A stretch of 64,000 nucleotides of DNA from Microbacteriaceae bacterium. GTDB lineage: Bacteria; Actinomycetota; Actinomycetes; Actinomycetales; Microbacteriaceae. The stretch is from positions 23,907-87,906 of the forward strand of contig JBMOEY010000001.1 in the NCBI GenBank assembly GCA_049314515.1, read 5' to 3'. The number at the start of each line of letters is the position of its first letter. Position 1 is the stretch's first letter. Shown one piece after another: positions 44,458-52,648 of this stretch. The translations under genes and the position numbers were made by a program. The notes beneath the pieces are model-generated. The model had not been told where the DNA came from and did not search any database. It worked only from the letters and a program-made list of their open reading frames with translations.

Positions 44458-45394
44458 GCTCGGCAAGTCGGTGCGGAGCCGGCAAGTCAGACACGTTGAT
44501 CCCCACCATCGCTTCGCCGAGGCCGCGTGAAGCCTCGGTAACGACCGCAGGGTCATCGAAGAACGTGGTCGCCTTGACAATTGCCTTGGCTCGTTCTGCA
44601 GGGTTGCCCGACTTGAAAATTCCAGATCCAACGAAGACACCGTCTGCGCCAAGCTGCATCATCATGGCGGCGTCGGCGGGCGTTGCCACACCACCGGCAG
44701 TGAACAGAACGACCGGAAGCTTACCCGTGGCTGCAACCTCGCGAACTAGTTCGTAAGGTGCTTGAAGCTCCTTGGCAGCAACGAAAAGCTCATCTTCTGC
44801 CATGGAAGACAACGCCCGAATCTCGGAGGTAATCTTGCGGATGTGCTTGGTTGCCTCGGAAACATCGCCAGTACCCGCTTCACCTTTTGAACGAATCATG
44901 GCGGCGCCTTCATTGATCCGTCGAAGGGCTTCTCCCAGATTCGTTGCACCGCAAACGAAGGGCGCGGTGAATTTCCACTTATCGATGTGATTGACGTAGT
45001 CGGCCGGGGAGAGAACCTCGGATTCGTCGATGTAATCGACTTTGAGGTGCTCGAGAATTTGAGCCTCGACGAAATGTCCGATGCGGGCCTTAGCCATCAC
45101 CGGGATGGAGACAGTATCGATAATTTGCTGAATCAAATCGGGGTCGCTCATTCGGGCTACCCCGCCCTGGGCGCGAATGTCCGCCGGTACGCGCTCGAGA
45201 GCCATCACGGCGACGGCTCCTGAATCTTCGGCAATCTTCGCCTGCTCCGCAGTAACAACGTCCATGATGACGCCGCCCTTAAGCATCTCGGCGAGGCCGC
45301 GCTTCACGCGGTTAGAACCAGTGTGAGCCTGTGCGTTCTCAGTCATGATCATCTTCTTTTCGTCGGTATGAGGAACTAACGGTTTTTCGGCCAT
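44447..45394 (-). CDS. pdxS: pyridoxal 5'-phosphate synthase lyase subunit
   Basis: Contains [57 protein letters not shown]. The start is uncertain. The longest ORF starts at 45394 and overlaps the HIT stop. ATG at 45346 gives a 299-aa product of typical length. Confidence 0.93.
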   Translation of the reverse strand: MAEKPLVPHTDEKKMIMTENAQAHTGSNRVKRGLAEMLKGGVIMDVVTAEQAKIAEDSGAVAVMALERVPADIRAQGGVARMSDPDLIQQIIDTVSIPVMAKARIGHFVEAQILEHLKVDYIDESEVLSPADYVNHIDKWKFTAPFVCGATNLGEALRRINEGAAMIRSKGEAGTGDVSEATKHIRKITSEIRALSSMAEDELFVAAKELQAPYELVREVAATGKLPVVLFTAGGVATPADAAMMMQLGADGVFVGSGIFKSGNPAERAKAIVKATTFFDDPAVVTEASRGLGEAMVGINVSDLPAPHRLAERGW

Positions 45395-45951
45395 GCATCG
45401 GCGAGTGCCTGCCGAGTATCACCAAGAAGGCTCACGATCGCCTTTGTCTTGCCAATAATCGGGAAGAAGTTGGCATCGGTGGACCACCGCGGAACGATGT
45501 GCTGGTGCAAATGGTCGGCGACCCCTGCTCCGGCGATTCGTCCCTGATTCATACCGATGTTGAATCCTTCGTTGCGTGACACATCTTTGAGTACACGCAT
45601 TGCCGTCTGAGTAAGACTAGCGATTTCCGCAACCTCGTCGACAGTTGCGTCGTCATACATTGCAACGTGACGGTAAGGGCAGACCATCATGTGCCCCGCG
45701 TTGTAGGGGTAAAGGTTGAGGATGACGAAGGCGAGCTTTCCGCGGTGAACGATCAGCCCCTCTTCGTCGGTTCGCTGCGGAGCCACACAGAACGGACACT
45801 CGTCCTCTGCATCATCCCCTGCGTGACCGCGAGTGATGTAGGCCATGCGGTGCGGCGTCCACAATCGCTGAAACTCATCCGGCGCGCCGGCAAAGTTGGT
45901 CGACGGTTCGGCCGCAACACCGTCAAACTCTTCCTCGCCGTAGTGGATCAT
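45376..45951 (-). CDS. HIT family protein (Ap4A phosphorylase / GalT-like branch)
   Basis: The track ORF extends to 46071, into thrS. ATG at 45951 gives 191 aa containing CPFC, LNLYPYN.GH.MV.PYRH and the histidine triad [10 protein letters not shown]. Confidence 0.85.
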   Translation of the reverse strand: MIHYGEEEFDGVAAEPSTNFAGAPDEFQRLWTPHRMAYITRGHAGDDAEDECPFCVAPQRTDEEGLIVHRGKLAFVILNLYPYNAGHMMVCPYRHVAMYDDATVDEVAEIASLTQTAMRVLKDVSRNEGFNIGMNQGRIAGAGVADHLHQHIVPRWSTDANFFPIIGKTKAIVSLLGDTRQALADAWPKNR

Positions 45952-45967
45952 GGTCTCGTCGGTCGCA

Positions 45968-47968
45968 TCAAATATCTTCGTCACCGTTGATTTGACGGTG
46001 GTCTTCACTTGCGCGCACGATGAGTTCAATCGCCTCGGAAACCGGCACACCGTTTCGCTGAGTTCCGTCACGGAACCGGAAGCTCACCGCACCGTTTGCG
46101 CGATCATCCTCTCCGGCGATCAATTGAATAGGGGTCTTCAGTGCCGTCGCGTTCCGAATTTTCTTCTGCATGCGATCATCCGATGCGTCCAATTCTGCGC
46201 GGATACCTCGCTCCCTCAGCGACGCGATAATGTCCCTGAGGTAGGGCTCAAATTCCTCCGCGATCGCAATTCCCGTGACCTGAACCGGAGATAGCCACAG
46301 CGGGAATGCTCCCGCGTAGTGCTCGGTCAAGACGCCAAAGAACCGCTCAATGGAACCGAAAAGCGCGCGGTGAATCATCACGGGGCGATGACGATTGCCA
46401 TCGTTACCGGTGTATTCGAGTTCAAACCGCTCGGGCAGGTTGAAATCAAGTTGAATCGTCGACATTTGCCAGGTGCGTCCGATCGCGTCGCGCGCCTGCA
46501 CCGAAATTTTTGGTCCGTAGAATGCTGCGCCACCAGGGTCGGGAACGAGCTGAAGACCAGACTCCTCGGCCACAGACCGCAGAGTCTCCGTCGCTTCTTC
46601 CCACACCTCGTCGTCACCAACGTACTTATTGGGATCCTTCGTCGAAAGTTCCAAATAAAAGTCGTCCAGACCGTAATCGCGTAGCAGCGAGATAACGAAT
46701 TCGAGGAGCTTCGTCAGTTCTTCGCGCATGTTCTCGCGCGTCGTGAAAATGTGGGCGTCATCTTGAGTCATACCTCGCACGCGCGTGAGCCCGTGAACAA
46801 CGCCTGATTTTTCGTACCGATACACCGAACCGAACTCGAACATTCGCAGCGGGAGCTGACGGTAGCTGCGCCCGCTCGAACGATAAATCAAAATATGGAA
46901 CGGGCAATTCATTGGCTTGAGGTAGTACTCGGCGCCCGGCTTCACCACGTGACCGTGCTCGTCGAGAGTCTCGTCGAGCTTCATCGGCGGGAACATCCCA
47001 TCGGAGTACCAGTCGAGATGGCCGCTGGTTTCGAAAAGGTTCGACTTGGTGATGTGTGGCGTGTAAACAAAGTCGTAGCCTGCTGCCTCGTGACGACGAC
47101 GCGAGTAATCCTCCATCACGCGACGGATGACACCGCCCTTCGGATGGAAGACCGGCAGACCAGACCCGATTTCGTCGGGAAACGAAAAGAGGTCGAGCTC
47201 GACACCCAGTCGACGATGGTCACGCTTGGCGGCCTCTTCGAGGCGTTGCTGATAGGCGCGAAGCTCATCCTTCGTGGGCCAGGCGGTTCCGTAGATCCGT
47301 TGCAGCTGAGGGTTCTTCTCACTGCCACGCCAATAGGCCGCCGCAAGTCGTGTGAGTGCAACTCCATTCCCGATCATTCGAGTATTTGGCAGGTGAGGTC
47401 CTCGACAGAGATCCTTCCAGACTGTCTCACCGGTGGCTGGATCGACGTTGTCGTAGATGGTCAGCTCGGCTCCACCGACCTCGACGTTCTCGTTGTCGTC
47501 CCCCGTACTTCCACCCTTGAGTCCGATTAGTTCAAGCTTGTAAGGCTCACCGGCAAGCTCCGTACGGGCCTGCTCCTCGGTCACAACACGACGCATAAAT
47601 CGCTGTCCGGAGCGAATAATGCGTTCCATATTTTTTTCCAGGGCCTTCATGTCCTCCGGAGTGAACGCCTCGGGAACGTCAAAGTCGTAATAAAAGCCGT
47701 CGGTGACCGGAGGACCAATGCCGAGCTTCGCTTCCGGGTTCACGCCCTGCACCGCTTGGGCAAGGACGTGGGCGGCGGAGTGACGCAGAATCGCAAGTCC
47801 GTCGGGTGACCCGATGGTCACAGGCGCTACGTTGTCTCCCACCGAGAGGCGATGGGCTAGGTCGCGAAGCTCGCCATTGACGCGCATCGCCACGACGCTA
47901 CGGTCAGTAAAGATGGCAAAACCGTCGCTTTCCGCGGAAACGACGAGTGAATCGATGTCAGTGCTCAC
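45968..47968 (-). CDS. thrS: threonine--tRNA ligase
   Basis: The track ORF extends to 48082, but its first 38 codons read through a tRNA fragment. GTG at 47968 is preceded by GAGGAAG and gives 666 aa. Motifs present: TGS domain, [10 protein letters not shown], class [29 protein letters not shown]. Confidence 0.95.
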   Translation of the reverse strand: MSTDIDSLVVSAESDGFAIFTDRSVVAMRVNGELRDLAHRLSVGDNVAPVTIGSPDGLAILRHSAAHVLAQAVQGVNPEAKLGIGPPVTDGFYYDFDVPEAFTPEDMKALEKNMERIIRSGQRFMRRVVTEEQARTELAGEPYKLELIGLKGGSTGDDNENVEVGGAELTIYDNVDPATGETVWKDLCRGPHLPNTRMIGNGVALTRLAAAYWRGSEKNPQLQRIYGTAWPTKDELRAYQQRLEEAAKRDHRRLGVELDLFSFPDEIGSGLPVFHPKGGVIRRVMEDYSRRRHEAAGYDFVYTPHITKSNLFETSGHLDWYSDGMFPPMKLDETLDEHGHVVKPGAEYYLKPMNCPFHILIYRSSGRSYRQLPLRMFEFGSVYRYEKSGVVHGLTRVRGMTQDDAHIFTTRENMREELTKLLEFVISLLRDYGLDDFYLELSTKDPNKYVGDDEVWEEATETLRSVAEESGLQLVPDPGGAAFYGPKISVQARDAIGRTWQMSTIQLDFNLPERFELEYTGNDGNRHRPVMIHRALFGSIERFFGVLTEHYAGAFPLWLSPVQVTGIAIAEEFEPYLRDIIASLRERGIRAELDASDDRMQKKIRNATALKTPIQLIAGEDDRANGAVSFRFRDGTQRNGVPVSEAIELIVRASEDHRQINGDEDI

Positions 47969-48018
47969 CTGTTCGTACTTCCTCAAACCAATGCTTCGAA
48001 CAATTAGTCCGAGCCTAA

Positions 48019-48045
48019 TGGTGGGCGATACTGGGTTCGAACCAG
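48019..48045 (-). repeat. exact 27-bp copy of the 3' end of tRNA-Val(GAC): T-arm 3' part, acceptor 3' strand and CCA
   Basis: tggtgggcgatactgggttcgaaccag is identical at 48019-48045 and 48089-48115. The sequence 5' of the fragment on the minus strand cannot form an anticodon arm or D arm, so it is not a complete tRNA. Confidence 0.9.
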
Positions 48046-48088
48046 CGCGAGCCGACGGGGTCGCGAGGTCACCGGTTCGCAAGAACTT

Positions 48089-48163
48089 TGGTGGGCGATA
48101 CTGGGTTCGAACCAGTGACCTCTTCCGTGTCAGGGAAGCGCGCTACCACTGCGCCAATCGCCC
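48089..48163 (-). tRNA. tRNA-Val (anticodon GAC), CCA encoded
   Basis: Manual cloverleaf: GGGCGAT TG GCGC AGTGGTA GCGC G CTTCC CTGACAC GGAAG AGGTC ACTGG TTCGAAC CCAGT ATCGCCC A CCA. Confidence 0.93.
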
Positions 48164-48194
48164 AGGCAGACTCCCGAAGGAAATCGTTCTGGAG

Positions 48195-48265
48195 AGGTGG
48201 ATACCGGATTCGAACCGGTGTGGACGGCTTTGCAGGCCGCTGCCTCGCCTCTCGGCCAATCCACC
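48195..48265 (-). tRNA. tRNA-Cys (anticodon GCA), no encoded CCA
   Basis: Manual fold: GGTGGAT TG GCCG AGAGGCG AGGC A GCGGC CTGCAAA GCCGT CCAC ACCGG TTCGAAT CCGGT ATCCACC T. The discriminator is U, as expected for Cys. Confidence 0.9.
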
Positions 48266-48313
48266 ATGAGTGGCGAACCACCGCAGGTGGATTCCACGTG
48301 GCTACCACACTCG

Positions 48314-48386
48314 AGCGGATGACGAGACTCGAACTCGCGACCCTCACCTTGGCAAGGTGATGCGCTACCAACTGCGCTACATCCGC
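48314..48386 (-). tRNA. tRNA-Gly (anticodon GCC), no encoded CCA
   Basis: Manual fold: GCGGATG TA GCGC AGTTGGTA GCGC A TCACC TTGCCAA GGTGA GGGTC GCGAG TTCGAGT CTCGT CATCCGC T. Confidence 0.93.
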
Positions 48387-48534
48387 ACTGCCCACCAGCC
48401 AAGACCAGCGTGCATCGAAAACGATAGTCGGATTAGCCACGTGGCGCAAAACGACCGCCCCCAAGACTTCAGCGCCAAATTGTGTTCGAACGAGTTGTTC
48501 CGGTTAGGGTGGAACGCACGACGGTGTCGTGAGC

Positions 48535-48610
48535 GGGCGATTGGCGCAGTTGGTAGCGCGCTTCCTTCACACGGAAGAGGTCATCAGTTCGAGTCTGGTA
48601 TCGCCCACCA
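48535..48610 (+). tRNA. tRNA-Val (anticodon CAC), CCA encoded
   Basis: Manual fold: GGGCGAT TG GCGC AGTTGGTA GCGC G CTTCC TTCACAC GGAAG AGGTC ATCAG TTCGAGT CTGGT ATCGCCC A CCA. Confidence 0.93.
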
Positions 48611-48612
48611 TC

Positions 48613-49875
48613 TCAGTCGCTGGTCAATACATAACCCTCTTCGCCGTGCATCATTGTGTCGATACCGGCGAGCTCGTCTTCATTGCGCACCCGGAAGCCC
48701 ATCGTTTTCTCGATTGTCCACCCAATGGCATACGACAGGGTGAACGAATAAACAAGCACGACGAGGCTCCCGAGGCTTTGAACTCCGAGCTGTGTCGCGT
48801 TTCCGGTAAACAGCAACCCGACGTCACGGCCCGCGAGGCCGATAAAAATCATGCCGACGAGACCGCCAATGAGGTGGATGCCCACCACGTCGAGTGAATC
48901 ATCGAAACCCAACCGGAACTTGAGCTCTACCGCGAGACAGCAAACGATTCCCGCAATCAACCCAAGGACGAGAGACCACGTCGGGGTGAGTGCTCCGCAG
49001 GAGGGAGTAATCGCAACCAGTCCCGCAACGGCTCCGGAGGCAGCCCCAACCGATGTCGCCTTTCCGTCCTTGATTCTTTCCACAATGAGCCAGCCAAGAA
49101 TCCCCGCGGCAGGTGCAGCCATTGTGTTGATAAACGCAAGTGAGGCGATTCCGTCCGCCGCGAGTTCGGATCCTGCGTTGAAACCAAACCAACCAAACCA
49201 GAGGAGCCCGGCTCCGAGGAGAACAAACGGCACGTTGTGCGGCTTGTGCAAACCCTTCGCGAATCCAATTCGCTTTCCGAGCACGATTGCCAGAGCGAGT
49301 GCCGCAGCTCCGGAATTGATTTCGACGACGGTGCCGCCCGCCATGTCGATCATTCCCAGACCGTCGACCAGCCATCCACCGCCGAGTCGTTGCCCCGTGA
49401 CCGACGCGGCGCCAATGTTAAACACCCATGAAGCGACCGGAAAATATACGAGAGTGGCCCACACACCCGCAAAAACCAACCACGCACCAAACTTTGCCCG
49501 GTCCGCGATTGCACCAGAAATCAGGGCAACCGTGATGATAGCGAAGGTCGCTTGAAACGCCGCTAATGCCAAGGGAGGGATGTCGGCTTCTGGTGAAACG
49601 GTGAGAAGACCTTCCATTCCCAGGTTGCTGGTGTCTATGCCAATCACGCCGGGCACGCCGAAATAGCCCGGATTCCCCGGGGTCGCAAACACAACCGCGT
49701 AACCGTAAAGAATCCAGATCGAGCCAACGAGTGCCATCGAACCAAAGCTCATCATCATCATCGAGATGACGCTCTTGGCACGAACTAGTCCGCCATAAAA
49801 GAAGGCCAACGCGGGAGTCATCATCAGCACGAGTGCTGCACTAATCAGGACAAATGCTGTATCGCCTTGGTTCAT
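48613..49875 (-). CDS. amt: ammonium transporter (Amt family), downstream copy
   Basis: 420-aa multi-TM ORF containing DTAFVLISAALVLMMTPALAFFYGGLVR.KS, FQATFAIIT.ALISGAIADR, DFAGG..VHI-like, LLWFGWFGFNAGS and VGIHLIGG. Confidence 0.96.
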   Translation of the reverse strand: MNQGDTAFVLISAALVLMMTPALAFFYGGLVRAKSVISMMMMSFGSMALVGSIWILYGYAVVFATPGNPGYFGVPGVIGIDTSNLGMEGLLTVSPEADIPPLALAAFQATFAIITVALISGAIADRAKFGAWLVFAGVWATLVYFPVASWVFNIGAASVTGQRLGGGWLVDGLGMIDMAGGTVVEINSGAAALALAIVLGKRIGFAKGLHKPHNVPFVLLGAGLLWFGWFGFNAGSELAADGIASLAFINTMAAPAAGILGWLIVERIKDGKATSVGAASGAVAGLVAITPSCGALTPTWSLVLGLIAGIVCCLAVELKFRLGFDDSLDVVGIHLIGGLVGMIFIGLAGRDVGLLFTGNATQLGVQSLGSLVVLVYSFTLSYAIGWTIEKTMGFRVRNEDELAGIDTMMHGEEGYVLTSD

Positions 49876-49911
49876 AGCACGTAATCAAACATCCGCCGTG
49901 TTTCGAAAATA

Positions 49912-49945
49912 GGCACGCCGTGTTTCGCGCCGTTTACGGCGTGCC
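49912..49945 (-). promoter_or_regulatory. 10-bp perfect inverted repeat enclosing a GlnR-like half box, upstream of the downstream amt copy
   Basis: GGCACGCCGT-n14-ACGGCGTGCC. The loop holds GTTTC-gcgccg-TTTAC on the plus strand (49922-49937), which is GTAAA-n6-GAAAC on the gene strand. It lies 37-70 nt upstream of the amt start at 49875. Confidence 0.35.
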
Positions 49946-49984
49946 TCAACGCAGGACCCGTACCGAAGCGGGTCCTGCGTTGAG
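49945..49984 (-). terminator. 16-bp perfect-stem hairpin downstream of the upstream amt copy
   Basis: CTCAACGCAGGACCCG-taccgaag-CGGGTCCTGCGTTGAG. There is no clear U-tract, which is common in high-GC actinobacteria. Confidence 0.5.
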
Positions 49985-50000
49985 TTGATCCACGCGATGC

Positions 50001-50021
50001 GAATCCTCACTATGAGGATTC
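50001..50021 (-). terminator. 9-bp stem hairpin immediately after the stop of the upstream amt copy
   Basis: GAATCCTCA-cta-TGAGGATTC, 12 nt downstream of the stop codon at 50033. Confidence 0.35.
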
Positions 50022-50032
50022 ACCTCGTTTGG

Positions 50033-51289
50033 TTATGCGTTGGCTAGTTCGTAGGCGTCTTCACCGTGAACAACGGTGTCGATGCCGGCAAGCTCATCCT
50101 CGTTCTTGATGCGGAATCCCATCGTCTTTTCAATGATGAGTCCGATAACGAAGCTGATAACGAACGAGAAGATCAGAACAGTGAAGGCAGCAATCGCCTG
50201 CTTTCCGAGCTGTTCGAACGAACCGGAGAAGATGAGGCCAACGTCTGTTGCGAAGAAGCCAATGTATAACGTTCCAATCAGTCCTCCAATGAGGTGGATG
50301 CCCACCACATCAAGTGAGTCGTCGAACCCAAGCTTGAACTTCAGTTCGATGGCCAGCGCACACAGTGCCCCGGTGACCAATCCCAAAACGATGGCCCAGA
50401 CAGGTGTCAAGCTTGCGCAGGCCGGCGTGATTGCCACCAGTCCAGCAACGGCACCAGAGGCGGCTCCTACGGACGTTGCTTTGCCTTCCTTGACACGCTC
50501 GACGACGAGCCAGCCAAGAACCGCTGCCGCCGGGGCTGCAATCGTGTTGATGAACGCGAGCGAGGCAATACCATCGGCCGCAAGCTCCGATCCGGCGTTG
50601 AATCCGAACCATCCGAACCACAGGAGCCCTGCGCCGAGAAGCACGAACGGAACATTGTGCGGCTTGTCCATGCCCTTCGCGAATCCAATTCGCTTTCCGA
50701 GCACAAGTGCGAGAGCCAAGGCCGCGGCTCCTGCGTTGATGTGCACGGCCGTTCCGCCCGCAAAGTCAATGGCTCCGAGGTTGTATGCAATCCATCCGCC
50801 GTCCACGATTTTGCCGTCGACAATCGTGAAATTGAAAACCCACGACGCGACAGGGAAATACACAATCGTCGCCCAGATGCCGGCGAAGACTAGCCACGCA
50901 CCAAACTTGGCGCGGTCAGCGATTGAGCCGGAAATGAGCGCGACCGTAATAATGGCAAAGGTCGCCTGGAAGGCCGCAAAGGCAAGTGGTGGGAACATCG
51001 CACCGTCTGGCGTGCTGAGCAACCCTTCGAGACCGAGGTTGGCCGTATCAATGCCAATGACGCCGTCGATGCCATAGAACGTGTCCGTCCCTGCGTTGGA
51101 AAACGCGATTGCGTAGCCGTAGAGAACCCAAATGACACCGACTAGAGCAAGCGAGCCGAAGCTCAACATCATCATGGAGATGACACTCTTCGCCTTGACT
51201 AATCCACCGTAGAAGAACGCCAAGGCTGGCGTCATGAGCAACACCAGTGCTGCCGAGATCAACACAAATGCCGTGTTTCCTTGATCCAT
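50033..51289 (-). CDS. amt: ammonium transporter (Amt family), upstream copy
   Basis: 418-aa ORF colinear with and highly similar to 48613..49875. The two share long identical peptide runs, for example HNVPFVLLGAGLLWFGWFGFNAGSELAADGIASLAFIN and KATSVGAASGAVAGLVAITP. Confidence 0.96.
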   Translation of the reverse strand: MDQGNTAFVLISAALVLLMTPALAFFYGGLVKAKSVISMMMLSFGSLALVGVIWVLYGYAIAFSNAGTDTFYGIDGVIGIDTANLGLEGLLSTPDGAMFPPLAFAAFQATFAIITVALISGSIADRAKFGAWLVFAGIWATIVYFPVASWVFNFTIVDGKIVDGGWIAYNLGAIDFAGGTAVHINAGAAALALALVLGKRIGFAKGMDKPHNVPFVLLGAGLLWFGWFGFNAGSELAADGIASLAFINTIAAPAAAVLGWLVVERVKEGKATSVGAASGAVAGLVAITPACASLTPVWAIVLGLVTGALCALAIELKFKLGFDDSLDVVGIHLIGGLIGTLYIGFFATDVGLIFSGSFEQLGKQAIAAFTVLIFSFVISFVIGLIIEKTMGFRIKNEDELAGIDTVVHGEDAYELANA

Positions 51290-51412
51290 TTCATCCTCGC
51301 TTCACAAAGTTTGTCGAACGATCCCAGAGTGAGCGGAAAGTGCCCACACGGGGTTTCGATCGGTGATGTTTCGAGGATGCGGGACGAAAGTTTCCTGAGT
51401 CAGCGTGAAAGC

Positions 51413-51459
51413 GTTTCGGAGGCGTTACGAAACGGCACCGCGCGTTTCGTTCGTGTTAC
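51413..51459 (-). promoter_or_regulatory. two GlnR-type boxes (gTnAc-n6-GaAAc) upstream of the upstream amt copy
   Basis: The gene strand reads GTAAC-acgaac-GAAAC-n15-GTAAC-gcctcc-GAAAC. The plus-strand coordinates are 51444-51459 and 51413-51428. The boxes lie 124-170 nt upstream of the amt start at 51289. Confidence 0.55.
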
Positions 51460-51476
51460 GCCACACCACAGGGGTC

Positions 51477-52511
51477 TCAGGTCATGTTTGTGAGGGCGAT
51501 GAGCCGTGACATACAACGTAGATATTTTTTCCTATATCCACCGTTAATCATGTCGCCCCCGAAAACCGTGCTGATGGGAACACCGGATGCGACGAGGGGA
51601 ATCTGAGCATCGTAAACGCGATCAATAAATGCGACGAGTCGCAGCGCGTCCGTTTGGTTCATGATGACGTGAACATTCGTCAGCGCGATGAGGTCAACTT
51701 CCGAGATGAGGCGTGGGTAAACACTGGGATGCACCGTTGCAAGGTGAGCGAGTAGCTCGTCGAAACTGTCGAGGGTTGCAGTGTCACCGGCCACCCGGGC
51801 GGCCTCGACCACCAAGGTGAGTGATTCCGTGCTCTGCGCGGATGCTTCTCCTTCTATCGACCTCTTGCGATAGTCAGTTCCATCGATTCGTAGCGTGTCA
51901 AAATTCGCCGCCAGCGCGTGGATTTCGCGAAGGAAGTCCGCGGCGGCGAAACGGCCTTCACCCAAAGCATGAGGCGGCGTGTTGCTCGTTGCGGCAACGC
52001 GAGTGCCACCTGCAACGAGTTCGCCTAGCATCCGCGTCATCATCATCGTGTCACCCGGGTCATCGAGTTCAAACTCATCGATGCAAATCAGGCTGGCGCC
52101 ACGAAGAGCTTCCACCGCGTTGACGAAGCCCAGCGCTCCAACGAGAGAGGTGTATTGCAAAAACGTGCCGAAGAATTTCTTCCGCCCCAGTGACGCGTTC
52201 CACGCGGCGGCAAGCAAGTGCGTCTTTCCTACGCCAAACCCGCCGTCCAAATAGACCCCGGGACGCCCAGAATCATCTTTTTTTGACCGAGAAAACAAAC
52301 CTGTTTTAAGCGTCCCTCCAGTGGAGGCAAACGTAGCGAGGCGGTCTCGCGCTGCGCTTTGCGATTCATAGTCCGGATCAGGGATGTAGGACTCGAACGA
52401 CGCGTTCTCAAACTGGGGTGGTGGTATCAGCCCCGCCACAATCGACTGAGCATCAAGCGTGGGTGAGCGATCGCACAGCGATGTCAATTTCGCGGACATT
52501 TCCTCAGTCAA
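51477..52511 (-). CDS. zapE: cell division protein ZapE (AFG1-like ATPase)
   Basis: 344-aa ORF with Walker A GVYLDGGFGVGKTHLLAA and Walker B LICIDEFELDD. The longest ORF starts with TTG at 52511. An alternative ATG at 52499 is preceded by GAGGAA. Confidence 0.88.
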   Translation of the reverse strand: MTEEMSAKLTSLCDRSPTLDAQSIVAGLIPPPQFENASFESYIPDPDYESQSAARDRLATFASTGGTLKTGLFSRSKKDDSGRPGVYLDGGFGVGKTHLLAAAWNASLGRKKFFGTFLQYTSLVGALGFVNAVEALRGASLICIDEFELDDPGDTMMMTRMLGELVAGGTRVAATSNTPPHALGEGRFAAADFLREIHALAANFDTLRIDGTDYRKRSIEGEASAQSTESLTLVVEAARVAGDTATLDSFDELLAHLATVHPSVYPRLISEVDLIALTNVHVIMNQTDALRLVAFIDRVYDAQIPLVASGVPISTVFGGDMINGGYRKKYLRCMSRLIALTNMT

Positions 52512-52648
52512 TTCTCTGAAAGGTTTCGTAACGTGATTCGCACAATTCGCGCAACGAACCTAGAGTCGAATCGCAACCCAGACTACTTTCCTTTGCGAGC
52601 ACGACTCGTTCGCGTCCTATAGAGCACCGCAGATTAAGGACCAGTTAT

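Noticed and set aside
48019-48045. tRNA-like fragment acting as a regulatory tRNA mimic or T-box-type element for thrS.
   Set aside because: The fragment copies tRNA-Val, not tRNA-Thr, and only its acceptor/T-arm 3' strand. There is no specifier or antiterminator structure. Duplication or an att scar is the simpler explanation.
47969-48082. 5' extension of the thrS ORF ([25 protein letters not shown]...).
   Set aside because: The extension is the antisense reading of the tRNA-Val fragment and spacer. A GTG with a GAGGAAG RBS at 47968 gives a normal-length ThrRS.
48069-48743. ORFs 48069-48464(-), 48088-48360(+), 48130-48402(-), 48270-48743(+) and 48529-48897(+) across the tRNA cluster.
   Set aside because: They are read-throughs of tRNA genes. 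The recurring GFEP/GSNPV peptides are translated T-arms. No coding evidence supports them.
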